Of a DNA stretch of 64,000 nucleotides, positions 45,768 through 55,155 are shown in pieces. The stretch covers positions 31 through 64,030 of the forward strand of contig CALUVF010000081.1 of assembly GCA_944324155.1 (NCBI GenBank), in the 5' to 3' direction. Origin of the DNA: an uncultured Erysipelotrichaceae bacterium (GTDB lineage: Bacteria; Bacillota_I; Bacilli_A; Erysipelotrichales; Erysipelotrichaceae). Position 1 is the first letter of the stretch. Each line of letters begins with the position of its first letter. The position numbers and the translations under genes are program-made. The notes under the pieces were generated by a model. It was not told the origin of the DNA and did no database searches. It was given only the letters and a program-made list of their open reading frames with translations.

Positions 45768-46221
45768 TTTTTACTATAGTTATATTCTACCACGCCTTAT
45801 AGCAATTTGTTTTGATATCTTTCAACTTCTTGCCTATGATGTTTTTAATTGGCATCTTTTAGCTATCTTTAGCTTAAGCAAGAGTGATCTAAAGGAAGAG
45901 ATCTTTGAGATAAAGGATCTGCTTCTTTATCTATTTTCAAGCTTGATTATATTTAAGCCTAAGCTTGATTATTTAAATTTATTAATTCTGCTCCTTTTAA
46001 GCATAGCGGTCCTTTTAGAAAAGATGGGCGATGGCGACTTATATCTCATAGCGATATTTAGTCTTTATATCAACTTTGAGGTCCTCAGTATGGCTTTACT
46101 CTTCGCCTCTTTTATGGCCCTTTCCTATATCGCTTTTAAAAGAGTCAAGCGTCTAAGTTTTGGTCCTTATCTCTTGCTTGGTTTTTATCTAGCTCAAAGT
46201 AGAATTTGGAATATGTATTGA
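45757..46221 (+). CDS. minimal A24 (prepilin peptidase)-like membrane protein, possibly degenerate
   Basis: 154 aa. 'ICFDIFQ' and 'MGDGDLYLIAIF' resemble the two catalytic Asp motifs, and 'LSFGPYLLLG' the conserved C-terminus. There is no in-frame ATG near the 5' end (only GTG at 45757/45760) and no RBS. Confidence 0.4.
   Translation: MVKHFYYSYILPRLIAICFDIFQLLAYDVFNWHLLAIFSLSKSDLKEEIFEIKDLLLYLFSSLIIFKPKLDYLNLLILLLLSIAVLLEKMGDGDLYLIAIFSLYINFEVLSMALLFASFMALSYIAFKRVKRLSFGPYLLLGFYLAQSRIWNMY
45784..45792 (-). promoter_or_regulatory. extended -10 (TGGTAGAAT) candidate promoter for rubrerythrin
   Basis: Minus strand cgTGgTAGAATataac. About 75-nt leader with an AAGGAGGG RBS. Confidence 0.45.
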
Positions 46222-47581
46222 GCTTTGATTCTACACCATATTTAAGATTGTGAGCAATCAAGATCGAACGCGACAAAGAAAGGCCAATGCCGCTGCCGAT
46301 CCTTTGTCTTTTATGTTCCTTATCAACACGATAGTAACGCTCCCAGATCTTATCAAGATCCTCCTTCTTAATGCCATCGCCATTATCATAGACATAGACC
46401 TCGAAATGATCGCCCAGATCTTTAGCTCCCAGTTCAATATAGGGCATTTCTTTTTGATTGTAATTAAGAGCGTTGTTTAAAAAGTTATAAAGAACTTGTT
46501 TAATGCGTCTTTCATCTAGCATGACAAGGACATCTTCTTTTAATAAGACCAGTTTAAATTCCACCTTGGCATTTTTAAAATAGGCCTCATATTGGCTGGA
46601 TACTTCTTTTAAAAGAGCGTTAAGGCTCACTTTGGTTTTTGTGATCTTCAAATGCCCTTCTTCATTTTTCGAAAGATCCAAAAGATCATCGACCAAAGAA
46701 GACAGTCGTTTAGCTTCTGAGATAATGACCTCGATATTTTGATTATTCTTTTCATCATCAAAATCGCGCATCATCTCACCATAGCCAACGATCATCGTCA
46801 AAGGAGTCCTTAGATCATGCGAGACATTAGCTAAAAGCTCCTTGCGGGCTTTAGTTACTTCATTGATCTTGGCACAAGAGGTGATCATGGTTTTGTTTAA
46901 TTCCTGATATTCGCGAATGTTAGAGTTAAGCCCTTCGCCATCATAGGTGCCATTTGGAAGATTGACGGCCTCTTTTTTGATCTTGCTTAGGGGTCTGACC
47001 ATAAAGCGCGACAAAATGAAGGCCAAGACAACCGCCGCCAGAATGACAAATAAAGCTACAAAAAATAAAAGTGAGCGAAGGGTGCTGGTGGTTGCGTTGA
47101 CTGGCGTAATGAGCGAGCCGACCATCACAAGGACGTTATAGTCATTCACATGGGCGATCGAAGATAAGATATAGTATTCATCGCTGGCTACATCGGGAAT
47201 GTTGAGACTGAAATTTTGAAACAAGTGTTCCCCGTTTTCTAAAAGAGTGGTCTCATAAATATATGAGAGATCACTCTGGCTTAAGGCATTCAAAGCACAG
47301 GCGGCATTTTCGCCATAGCTTTGCAAGATCTTGCTTCCGGTCTCGATGCGGATGCAGACTTCGTTTGACACCTGGACACTCTCGATAATCTCACGGACAT
47401 CATTAGTCTCAATTCCCATCTTGATACTGTCTTTGATCTCTTCCATCTCTTTGATCTTGTTGCGCTTATAAAAATCATCTAAAAAATTGACCTGGAAGAG
47501 ATAGATCACTGCGATGACGATAATGACAAAACCCACCATAAAAATGGTAAGTAAGGTTCTTAAATCAAGACTCTTTTTCAA
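46145..47581 (-). CDS. sensor histidine kinase (two TM helices, HAMP, HisKA, HATPase_c)
   Basis: 478 aa. H-box 'SHDLRTPLT'; N, G1 and G2 boxes ('NALNYN', 'DNGDGI', 'GSGIGLS'). Confidence 0.85.
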   Translation of the reverse strand: MKKSLDLRTLLTIFMVGFVIIVIAVIYLFQVNFLDDFYKRNKIKEMEEIKDSIKMGIETNDVREIIESVQVSNEVCIRIETGSKILQSYGENAACALNALSQSDLSYIYETTLLENGEHLFQNFSLNIPDVASDEYYILSSIAHVNDYNVLVMVGSLITPVNATTSTLRSLLFFVALFVILAAVVLAFILSRFMVRPLSKIKKEAVNLPNGTYDGEGLNSNIREYQELNKTMITSCAKINEVTKARKELLANVSHDLRTPLTMIVGYGEMMRDFDDEKNNQNIEVIISEAKRLSSLVDDLLDLSKNEEGHLKITKTKVSLNALLKEVSSQYEAYFKNAKVEFKLVLLKEDVLVMLDERRIKQVLYNFLNNALNYNQKEMPYIELGAKDLGDHFEVYVYDNGDGIKKEDLDKIWERYYRVDKEHKRQRIGSGIGLSLSRSILIAHNLKYGVESKLNTYSKFYFELDKNQARDKDQNLDA

Positions 47582-48239
47582 AGCGGTATCCCACCCCTCT
47601 GATAGTCACGATAAAGCTGGCATAAGGCCCTAAGGATTTGCGCAGGAGCTTGATATGAGTATCAAGTGTGCGGTCATCTTTAAAATAGTCATAGCCCCAA
47701 ACTTTTTCAAGAATACTCTCACGCGTTAAGGCCACTCCTTTATTCTGCATGAGATAAAGCAAGAGATCATATTCTTTTAAGGACAAGCTGACTTCCCTGT
47801 CATCGACATAGACACGATGGGCAGTCAGATCGACCTTTAAACCTTTTTGGGTAAGCAAAGAATCACTCTTGCTGGGCTTAGCTCTTTTTAAAACAGCGCG
47901 GACCCGCTTCATGAGTTCATTAGCCGAAAAAGGCTTGACGACATAGTCATCAGCCCCGACATCAAAGCCATAGATACGGTCGTATTCTTCGTTTAAGGCC
48001 GTCAAAAAAATACAAGGGATATCGTCCTTCTCTTTGATCTTGGCATAGGCCTTAAAACCATCAAGGCGTGGCATCATAACGTCCATAATCAAAAGATCGA
48101 CCTTATTTTCTAAAGCGAGCTTTATAGCTTCTTCGCCATCTTTGGCCTCTAAAACTTCATATCCCTCATGTAAGGCATATTTTTTGATGATATTACGGAT
48201 ATTTTCCTCATCATCAGCAATCAAGATCTTCGTTGACAT
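47565..48239 (-). CDS. OmpR-family response regulator
   Basis: Receiver domain 'ILIADDE...DLLIMDVMMPRLDG' plus a winged-helix C-terminus 'IRGVGYRF'. Confidence 0.9.
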   Translation of the reverse strand: MSTKILIADDEENIRNIIKKYALHEGYEVLEAKDGEEAIKLALENKVDLLIMDVMMPRLDGFKAYAKIKEKDDIPCIFLTALNEEYDRIYGFDVGADDYVVKPFSANELMKRVRAVLKRAKPSKSDSLLTQKGLKVDLTAHRVYVDDREVSLSLKEYDLLLYLMQNKGVALTRESILEKVWGYDYFKDDRTLDTHIKLLRKSLGPYASFIVTIRGVGYRFEKES

Positions 48240-48245
48240 ACTGCT

Positions 48246-48251
48246 ATTTTA
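48246..48251 (-). promoter_or_regulatory. -10 element TAAAAT placed 6 nt upstream of the response-regulator ATG (possible leaderless)
   Basis: Minus strand gttTAAAAT-agcagt-ATG. No TG extension and no convincing -35. Confidence 0.4.
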
Positions 48252-48280
48252 AACTACTTATCTGAAAACTAAGTGAAGTT

Positions 48281-49105
48281 TTAATCCAAAGCCAATAAAT
48301 CAGCTACTAGTTCATTTAAGTAGTCTTCCCTGTAATCTTCGATCGCACCCTCATCGGCCATATTAGCCAAAGCATGATCTAAAGGCAGAGCCGCCATCAG
48401 CTTCAGATTGTATTTTTTAGCCAATTCTAAAGATACATCGTTTTTGTAAAGATAGATCTTTTCGTTGCAGTTTGGACATTTGACAAAGGCCATGTTTTCA
48501 ACTAATGACAAGATCTTCGTATTCATCTTGTCGGCCATGACGATCGCTTTAGAGACGACGCTTGAAACTAATTTAGAGGGCGATGTGACCATCACAATCC
48601 CATCAAGTGGCAAGCTTTGACCGACCGTCAAAGCAACATCGCTGGTTCCTGGTGGCATGTCGACGATCAGATAATCAAGATCTAGCCAATAAACCTGATT
48701 ATAAAATTGCTCGACCATGCCCGAAACGATCGGACCGCGCCACAAAACAGGCGTGTCTTCACTTTCCAAAAGCATCGCTGCCGAGACGATCTTGATGCCG
48801 TACTTTTTAGAGGTATTGGGATAGATACCTTTGTCATCGCCATAAGCCATGGCATCGATATCAAACATTTTGGGGATGCTCGGACCAGTGATATCGGCAT
48901 CAAGGATACCGACGCTGAAACCTCTTTTTGAAAGGTCAATCGCCAAAAGCGACGAGATCATGGATTTTCCCACGCCCCCCTTGCCACTTAAGACACCGAT
49001 GATATGTTTGATACGAGTGGAATCCAAGGGCTTTTTGGGTGTAGCTTGTCTATCATTACAATTGTTTTGTGAACAATTGGCGCAATCGTGATTGCATTCG
49101 CTCAT
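48281..49105 (-). CDS. Mrp/NBP35 (ApbC)-family Fe-S cluster carrier ATPase
   Basis: 'GKGGVGKS' deviant Walker A. Cys-rich N-terminus 'CNHDCANCSQNNC'. 'CPNC' motif. Confidence 0.85.
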   Translation of the reverse strand: MSECNHDCANCSQNNCNDRQATPKKPLDSTRIKHIIGVLSGKGGVGKSMISSLLAIDLSKRGFSVGILDADITGPSIPKMFDIDAMAYGDDKGIYPNTSKKYGIKIVSAAMLLESEDTPVLWRGPIVSGMVEQFYNQVYWLDLDYLIVDMPPGTSDVALTVGQSLPLDGIVMVTSPSKLVSSVVSKAIVMADKMNTKILSLVENMAFVKCPNCNEKIYLYKNDVSLELAKKYNLKLMAALPLDHALANMADEGAIEDYREDYLNELVADLLALD

Positions 49106-49200
49106 TGCTGTTTCCTCCTTTTGAACTACCTAAATATAGCATCGAATGTCGATTGATGACAATAAAGACGCTTGATAAGTTATAATGTTGCTTGTCTTAA

Positions 49201-50496
<1,296 letters not shown>

Positions 50497-50527
50497 AAAA
50501 TAGACGGGCTTCATTCCCATCTATTTT
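50497..50527. terminator. bidirectional terminator (purA / dipeptidase)
   Basis: AAAATAGACGGG-cttcatt-CCCATCTATTTT, with one C-A mismatch. Overlaps the dipeptidase stop codon. Confidence 0.65.
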
Positions 50528-51474
50528 AATACCTCCTTATACACCCTTAGGGCATTTTGATAAAAGATCTTAGCCACTTCTTCTTTCTTGAACCCTTCAT
50601 CATATAAGGCTTTTTCAAGTTTCGGAAGATAAGAAGCGTCCTTTAGTTCTAATTCGCCATCAATGCCATCAAAATCACTGCCTAAGGCAATACAGTCGAT
50701 CCCGCCGACTTTTTTTAGATGTTTGATGTGTTTGATCATATCTTCGATCCTTGAGATTTTTGCACCATCTTTTAAAAATGTGGCGCAATAATTGATTCCG
50801 ATGACACCACCTCTTAAAGATAGTGCCTTAATCATCTCATCATCGAGATTGCGCGCTACCCCACACACCTCTCGCGCATTGGAATGCGAGGCTACAAAGG
50901 GTTTAGTGGTGTTGTGATAGACGTCCCAAAAGCCCTTGTCGCCTAAATGCGAGACATCGATGATGATCCCTAACCTTTCCATCTCTTTGATGTAGGCTAG
51001 GCCAAACTCGGTCAAGCCCTTTTCTTTTTCAATGTGATAGATGTCGCCGCCCTTTACATTGGGGTATCCGATGCCGTTAAAGAAATTCCAAGTCAAGGCG
51101 ATCATTCTAACACCTAAGCGATAATAATTTCTAAGCATCGAGAGATCATTAAAGACGACCCCACCATCTTCAAGCGTCAAAAGTAAGGAGATCTTGTGAT
51201 TTTCGTAGTTCTTTTTAATATCCTCAAATCTTAGGACACCTGCAACATCGTCCGGATATTTTTCTAAGACCTCAAAGTATTTATCGACCAGGTTCATGGT
51301 TGTTATTTCTGGTACTTCGAGACCTTCGCGATAGGTAAAAAGAGCTAGATTCTGTAAAAGGTAATGGCCTTTCTTAAGCTTTTCAAGGTCGATCATATAG
51401 GAATTATGATCAAAGTTTCCACCTTCATATAAAAGCCGCGCAATAGTATCGGCGTGTAGATCCACCACTAACAT
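50521..51474 (-). CDS. M19-family membrane dipeptidase
   Basis: 317 aa. 'VVDLHADT' and 'DVSHL ... GSDFDG' metal-ligand motifs of renal-dipeptidase-family enzymes. Confidence 0.8.
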   Translation of the reverse strand: MLVVDLHADTIARLLYEGGNFDHNSYMIDLEKLKKGHYLLQNLALFTYREGLEVPEITTMNLVDKYFEVLEKYPDDVAGVLRFEDIKKNYENHKISLLLTLEDGGVVFNDLSMLRNYYRLGVRMIALTWNFFNGIGYPNVKGGDIYHIEKEKGLTEFGLAYIKEMERLGIIIDVSHLGDKGFWDVYHNTTKPFVASHSNAREVCGVARNLDDEMIKALSLRGGVIGINYCATFLKDGAKISRIEDMIKHIKHLKKVGGIDCIALGSDFDGIDGELELKDASYLPKLEKALYDEGFKKEEVAKIFYQNALRVYKEVLK

Positions 51475-52763
51475 AAACCGACCCTTTTATAGATCTCATC
51501 GACATAGCGTAAATGATAGCGATAATCAAAACACGCGTCGATCTCTTCTTTTGTTAAAAGGGAGCTGATGCGCTCATTTTCAATAAGCAAATCCTTAAAC
51601 ATGATCCCTTCTTCATAAGCCTTAAAGGTCAATGGCTGGATAAGGTCATAAGCTTCTTCACGGCTGAGACCTTTCTCGACAAGTTTATTGACAAAGCGCC
51701 CGGAAAAGATAATGCCCTTTGTCAAATAAATGTTTTCCATCATCTGATCGGGATAGACAATAAGATTATCGATTATATTTGTCATACGCTTTAAAATATA
51801 GTGAATAAGGCTTGTGGCATCAGGGGCGATGATTCTTTCAACACTCGAGTGTGAGATGTCTCTTTCATGCCACAGGGCATTATCATCTAGTGCAGCAAAG
51901 ACATAGGACTTGATGACTCTTGATAGGCCCATGATGTTTTCTGAACCGATCGGATTCTTTTTGTGCGGCATGGCACTGGAACCCTTTTGATTTTTAGAAA
52001 AGTATTCGCTGGCTTCATGGACTTCCGTTCTTTGAAGATGACGGATCTCTAAGGCGATCTTTTCTAGGGTCGTCGCCAAGATTGCCAAGCTTGAAAAATA
52101 CTCGATATGGCGGTCACGCTGCAAGACTTGAGTCGAGATATGGCTCGAGCCCAAATTTAAGATCTTGGCCGTCGCATCTTGGATCCGAGGGCTGAGATTA
52201 GAAAAGGTCCCGACCGCACCTGAGATCTTAATCACTTCGATGTTTTTGGCGGCATGCTTAAAACGCTCGAGATCTCTGTTTAATTCATCATAATATAAGG
52301 CCCATTTAAGCCCAAAAGATGTAATCTCGGCATGGACGCCATGGGTCCTTCCCATACAGGGCGTATCTTTATATTCTAAAGCCTTATTCTTGACGCTTTT
52401 TAAGATCGTCATGATGTCTTCTAAAATAACTTTATTGGCAGCTTGATACATGAGGGCATAAGCACTGTCGACGACATCGGTCGATGTAAGGCCATAATGC
52501 ACCCACTTGCGCTCTTCATTTAAAGATTCTGATACACAGCGCGTAAAAGCGATCACATCATGTTTGGTCTCTTTTTCGATTTCTTTGATCCTGTCAAGCG
52601 AAAAAGAAGCCTTAGTTTTGATCTTTAAAAAATCTTCTAAGGGTATAACACCTTCATCTTTTAAAGCCTCAAGGACCGCCAGTTCGACTTTTAAATAAGC
52701 CTCAAAGCGGCTTTGGTCAGACCAAATGGTATCAAAGGGTGCCAGAGTGTAGCGCTCTATCAT
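51468..52763 (-). CDS. purB: adenylosuccinate lyase
   Basis: 431 aa. 'GLTSTDV' and 'GSSAMPHKKNP' signature loop. Confidence 0.95.
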   Translation of the reverse strand: MIERYTLAPFDTIWSDQSRFEAYLKVELAVLEALKDEGVIPLEDFLKIKTKASFSLDRIKEIEKETKHDVIAFTRCVSESLNEERKWVHYGLTSTDVVDSAYALMYQAANKVILEDIMTILKSVKNKALEYKDTPCMGRTHGVHAEITSFGLKWALYYDELNRDLERFKHAAKNIEVIKISGAVGTFSNLSPRIQDATAKILNLGSSHISTQVLQRDRHIEYFSSLAILATTLEKIALEIRHLQRTEVHEASEYFSKNQKGSSAMPHKKNPIGSENIMGLSRVIKSYVFAALDDNALWHERDISHSSVERIIAPDATSLIHYILKRMTNIIDNLIVYPDQMMENIYLTKGIIFSGRFVNKLVEKGLSREEAYDLIQPLTFKAYEEGIMFKDLLIENERISSLLTKEEIDACFDYRYHLRYVDEIYKRVGLC

Positions 52764-53401
52764 TCAAAAAGATCCTCGCTTTCATTTTTGATTTCTTCGA
52801 TCTTGGGAAGATCGTCTAAAGAGTATAGTTTAAAACTGTCCATAAATTCTTCAGTTACACCATAAAGGATCGGCCGACCGGGAGCTTCGGAACGCCCCAC
52901 TTCTTCGATCAGCCCACGCATGATAAGTTTTCTTAGCATAACTTCAGCGCCTACCCCTCTTAATTCTTCGATCTCAAAACGTGTGATAGGTTGTTTATAT
53001 GCAATGATCGCCAGGGTTTCAAGGGCGCTTTGTGAAAGCGTGTTGGCCTTTGAGGTTTGGAACAACTTTTGAATATAGGGCGAAACAACGGGCTTTGAAA
53101 GGATCTTATAGACCCCGGCATAGGATACAAGCTCGATCCCGTATTCCTTTTGGTCATACCTTCTTTTAAGATGTCTGAGCATTTTTTTAACAGACGCTTC
53201 ATCAAGGTCTAAAAGTGCGGTTAGCTGTCCCAAATGGATCCCATCTTCCCCCACGACATATAAAAGACCTTCTAAGATTGCAAGCTTGTCTTTCTCTTCT
53301 TTTGATAAGGCTTTATAAAGTGGCACTACTTTGCTTTCTCTTCTTTGATAGATGGCTTTTTCTCTTTTATCCATCTCGTATGATGTGATATATTCTTCCA
53401 T
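52760..53401 (-). CDS. scpB: segregation and condensation protein B
   Basis: 213 aa. 'LEGLLYVVGEDG' and 'ALETLAIIAYKQPITRFEIEELRGV' winged-helix repeats. Confidence 0.9.
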   Translation of the reverse strand: MEEYITSYEMDKREKAIYQRRESKVVPLYKALSKEEKDKLAILEGLLYVVGEDGIHLGQLTALLDLDEASVKKMLRHLKRRYDQKEYGIELVSYAGVYKILSKPVVSPYIQKLFQTSKANTLSQSALETLAIIAYKQPITRFEIEELRGVGAEVMLRKLIMRGLIEEVGRSEAPGRPILYGVTEEFMDSFKLYSLDDLPKIEEIKNESEDLFE

Positions 53402-54126
53402 TAACTAAGCTCCTTTTTTAACCAAATCTCGTCATTTTCATCGACTTCAAACGATAAAATATGATTTTTAGCCAAGTCTAAGATCCCTAAAAATGTCACG
53501 ACAAAGTCATGGAGGTTTTCACAATCCTCGACCAGTTTTTTAAAGTTAAAGACCTCATCAAGATCATTGAAGCGCGCTTTGATCATAAGGATACGGTCTT
53601 CGACCGACACTTCCTTCGTTGTCAGCTTGGTCGATAATGGTTTAGAAAGCTGTAAGCGTCGCATGACCTTATTCATAGCCCGCCATAAGTCCTTTACTTC
53701 TCCGCTTAGCTTATCGTCGCTGTCCTTAACAAGACTTTCGGTATCACTGAGGCTCTTGGCATATTGTAACTGTCTTTCAAGATACAATGTCTCTAATTTT
53801 AATGAAGCCTCTTTGTAGCGCTGATATTCTAGTAGACGTCTGACCAATTTCTCTTTAGGATCCTCTTCAAAAGCGCTATCTTCTTCCTCGTTTTCTCTTT
53901 TAGGCAATAATTTCTTGGATTTATATTCCACAAGCATCGCTAGTTCAACTAAATACTCGCTTTCGACCTCGAGTTTTAGATCCATCATTTCATTGATATA
54001 CTTTAAGTATTGATCACATAAACGCTCCATATCTAAGTCAAAGATATCGAGCTTTTCTTCTTTAATCAGATGTAACATGAGATCTAGCGGGCCGCTAAAT
54101 TTCTGAATGCTTGCTTCAAACGCCAT
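53401..54126 (-). CDS. scpA: segregation and condensation protein A (kleisin)
   Basis: 241 aa. 'FSGPLDLMLHLIKEEKLDIFDL' N-terminus. Confidence 0.9.
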   Translation of the reverse strand: MAFEASIQKFSGPLDLMLHLIKEEKLDIFDLDMERLCDQYLKYINEMMDLKLEVESEYLVELAMLVEYKSKKLLPKRENEEEDSAFEEDPKEKLVRRLLEYQRYKEASLKLETLYLERQLQYAKSLSDTESLVKDSDDKLSGEVKDLWRAMNKVMRRLQLSKPLSTKLTTKEVSVEDRILMIKARFNDLDEVFNFKKLVEDCENLHDFVVTFLGILDLAKNHILSFEVDENDEIWLKKELS

Positions 54127-54138
54127 ATAACCTCAACA

Positions 54139-54147
54139 ATTATACCA
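54139..54147 (-). promoter_or_regulatory. extended -10 TGGTATAAT promoter of scpA (12 nt to the ATG; very short leader)
   Basis: Minus strand caTGgTATAATtgttgaggttatATG. Confidence 0.55.
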
Positions 54148-54155
54148 TGATTTTC

Positions 54156-54185
54156 TTGACAGTAATTATCCAGCTTTGTTTAATA
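54156..54185 (+). promoter_or_regulatory. sigma-A-type promoter of rpiB
   Basis: TTGACA (54156-54161), 18-nt spacer, TGtTTAATA (extended -10). RBS GAAAGAAGG precedes the ATG at 54209. Confidence 0.55.
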
Positions 54186-54208
54186 AAAGAAAGAAAGAAG
54201 GTATAGAC

Positions 54209-54652
54209 ATGAAAGTAGTTATCGGAAATGATCATGGGGCAATCCATTTAAAGGAAATACTCAAAAATCACCTCTTAGACAAAGGACATGAAGTAATTGA
54301 TTTGGGTATCAAGGAAGGAGAAAGTGTCGATTATCCAATAAAGGGCAAAGAGATCGCTGAGTATGTCTTAAAGCATGATGTCGCCTTTGGGATCGCTTTA
54401 TGCGGTACTGGTATCGGGATCTCGATCGCCTGCAACAAGATCAAAGGGATCCGTGCGGCTGTTTGTAGCGAGCCTTTCAGCGCTAAAAAAGCCAAAGAGC
54501 ACAACAACGCCAATATCCTTTGCATGGGCGGGCGCGTCGTCGGCGATGAACTTGCGATCATGATCCTAGATGAATATATGAAAGCTTCTTTTGCAGGAGG
54601 AAGGCATCAAAGAAGGGTCGATCTAATTAGCGATATTGAGGCTAAAAACTAG
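54209..54652 (+). CDS. rpiB: ribose-5-phosphate isomerase B
   Basis: 'MKVVIGNDHGA', 'CGTGIGISIACNK', 'HNNANILCMGGR' motifs. The ORF-track start at 54176 lies upstream of the RBS. Confidence 0.9.
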   Translation: MKVVIGNDHGAIHLKEILKNHLLDKGHEVIDLGIKEGESVDYPIKGKEIAEYVLKHDVAFGIALCGTGIGISIACNKIKGIRAAVCSEPFSAKKAKEHNNANILCMGGRVVGDELAIMILDEYMKASFAGGRHQRRVDLISDIEAKN

Positions 54653-54670
54653 GAAATCCCTAGTTTTTTT
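54644..54670. terminator. bidirectional terminator built into the overlapping 3' ends of rpiB and the P-loop kinase gene
   Basis: AAAAACTAGG-aaatc-CCTAGTTTTTTT. Both stop codons lie in the stem arms. Confidence 0.8.
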
Positions 54671-55155
54671 AAATAATTGTCAATCTCTCGATGATTTTTA
54701 AAGCGCTGTTTTTCCCCTTTAAAATCACGATAGATTGTTTCAAATTTTAAAAGATAGTCTCTTTTCCTTCCTTCAAACAAGATCCATTTTAAAAAGTCAT
54801 AGTCAAAATGTTCTTTAGCGCCAAGCGATTCACGGTATTTTCCGCGATTTTTAAAATAGCGTCTTAAGGCATAATAAAGACAAACCAAGCGGTTTAAGTC
54901 GAGAAATAGTAAAACGTCAGCTTCTTTGAAACGCTCTTTGACGATATGGAAGTAATTGCCCTCTACTACCCAAGAGTCATGTTTATCAAAAAACTTTATG
55001 GCTAGCGCTTCTTGGGCCTTTACATCGCGCTCTTTAAAGTCGCCATAGTACTTTAAGGTATCCATATGAAGTAGCGCAATTTTATGATGTTTGCTTAAAA
55101 CTTTGGCCAGGGTCGATTTGCCTGAGGCACTATGTCCGATGATAACGATCTTCAT
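54649..55155 (-). CDS. P-loop NTPase/kinase of the topology-modulation (FlaR)/adenylate-kinase-like family
   Basis: 'MKIVIIGHSASGKSTLAK', 'WVVEGNY', 'FLDLNRLVCLYYALRRYFKNRG'. ATG at 55155 overlaps the GNAT stop (ATGA). Confidence 0.7.
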   Translation of the reverse strand: MKIVIIGHSASGKSTLAKVLSKHHKIALLHMDTLKYYGDFKERDVKAQEALAIKFFDKHDSWVVEGNYFHIVKERFKEADVLLFLDLNRLVCLYYALRRYFKNRGKYRESLGAKEHFDYDFLKWILFEGRKRDYLLKFETIYRDFKGEKQRFKNHREIDNYLKKLGIS

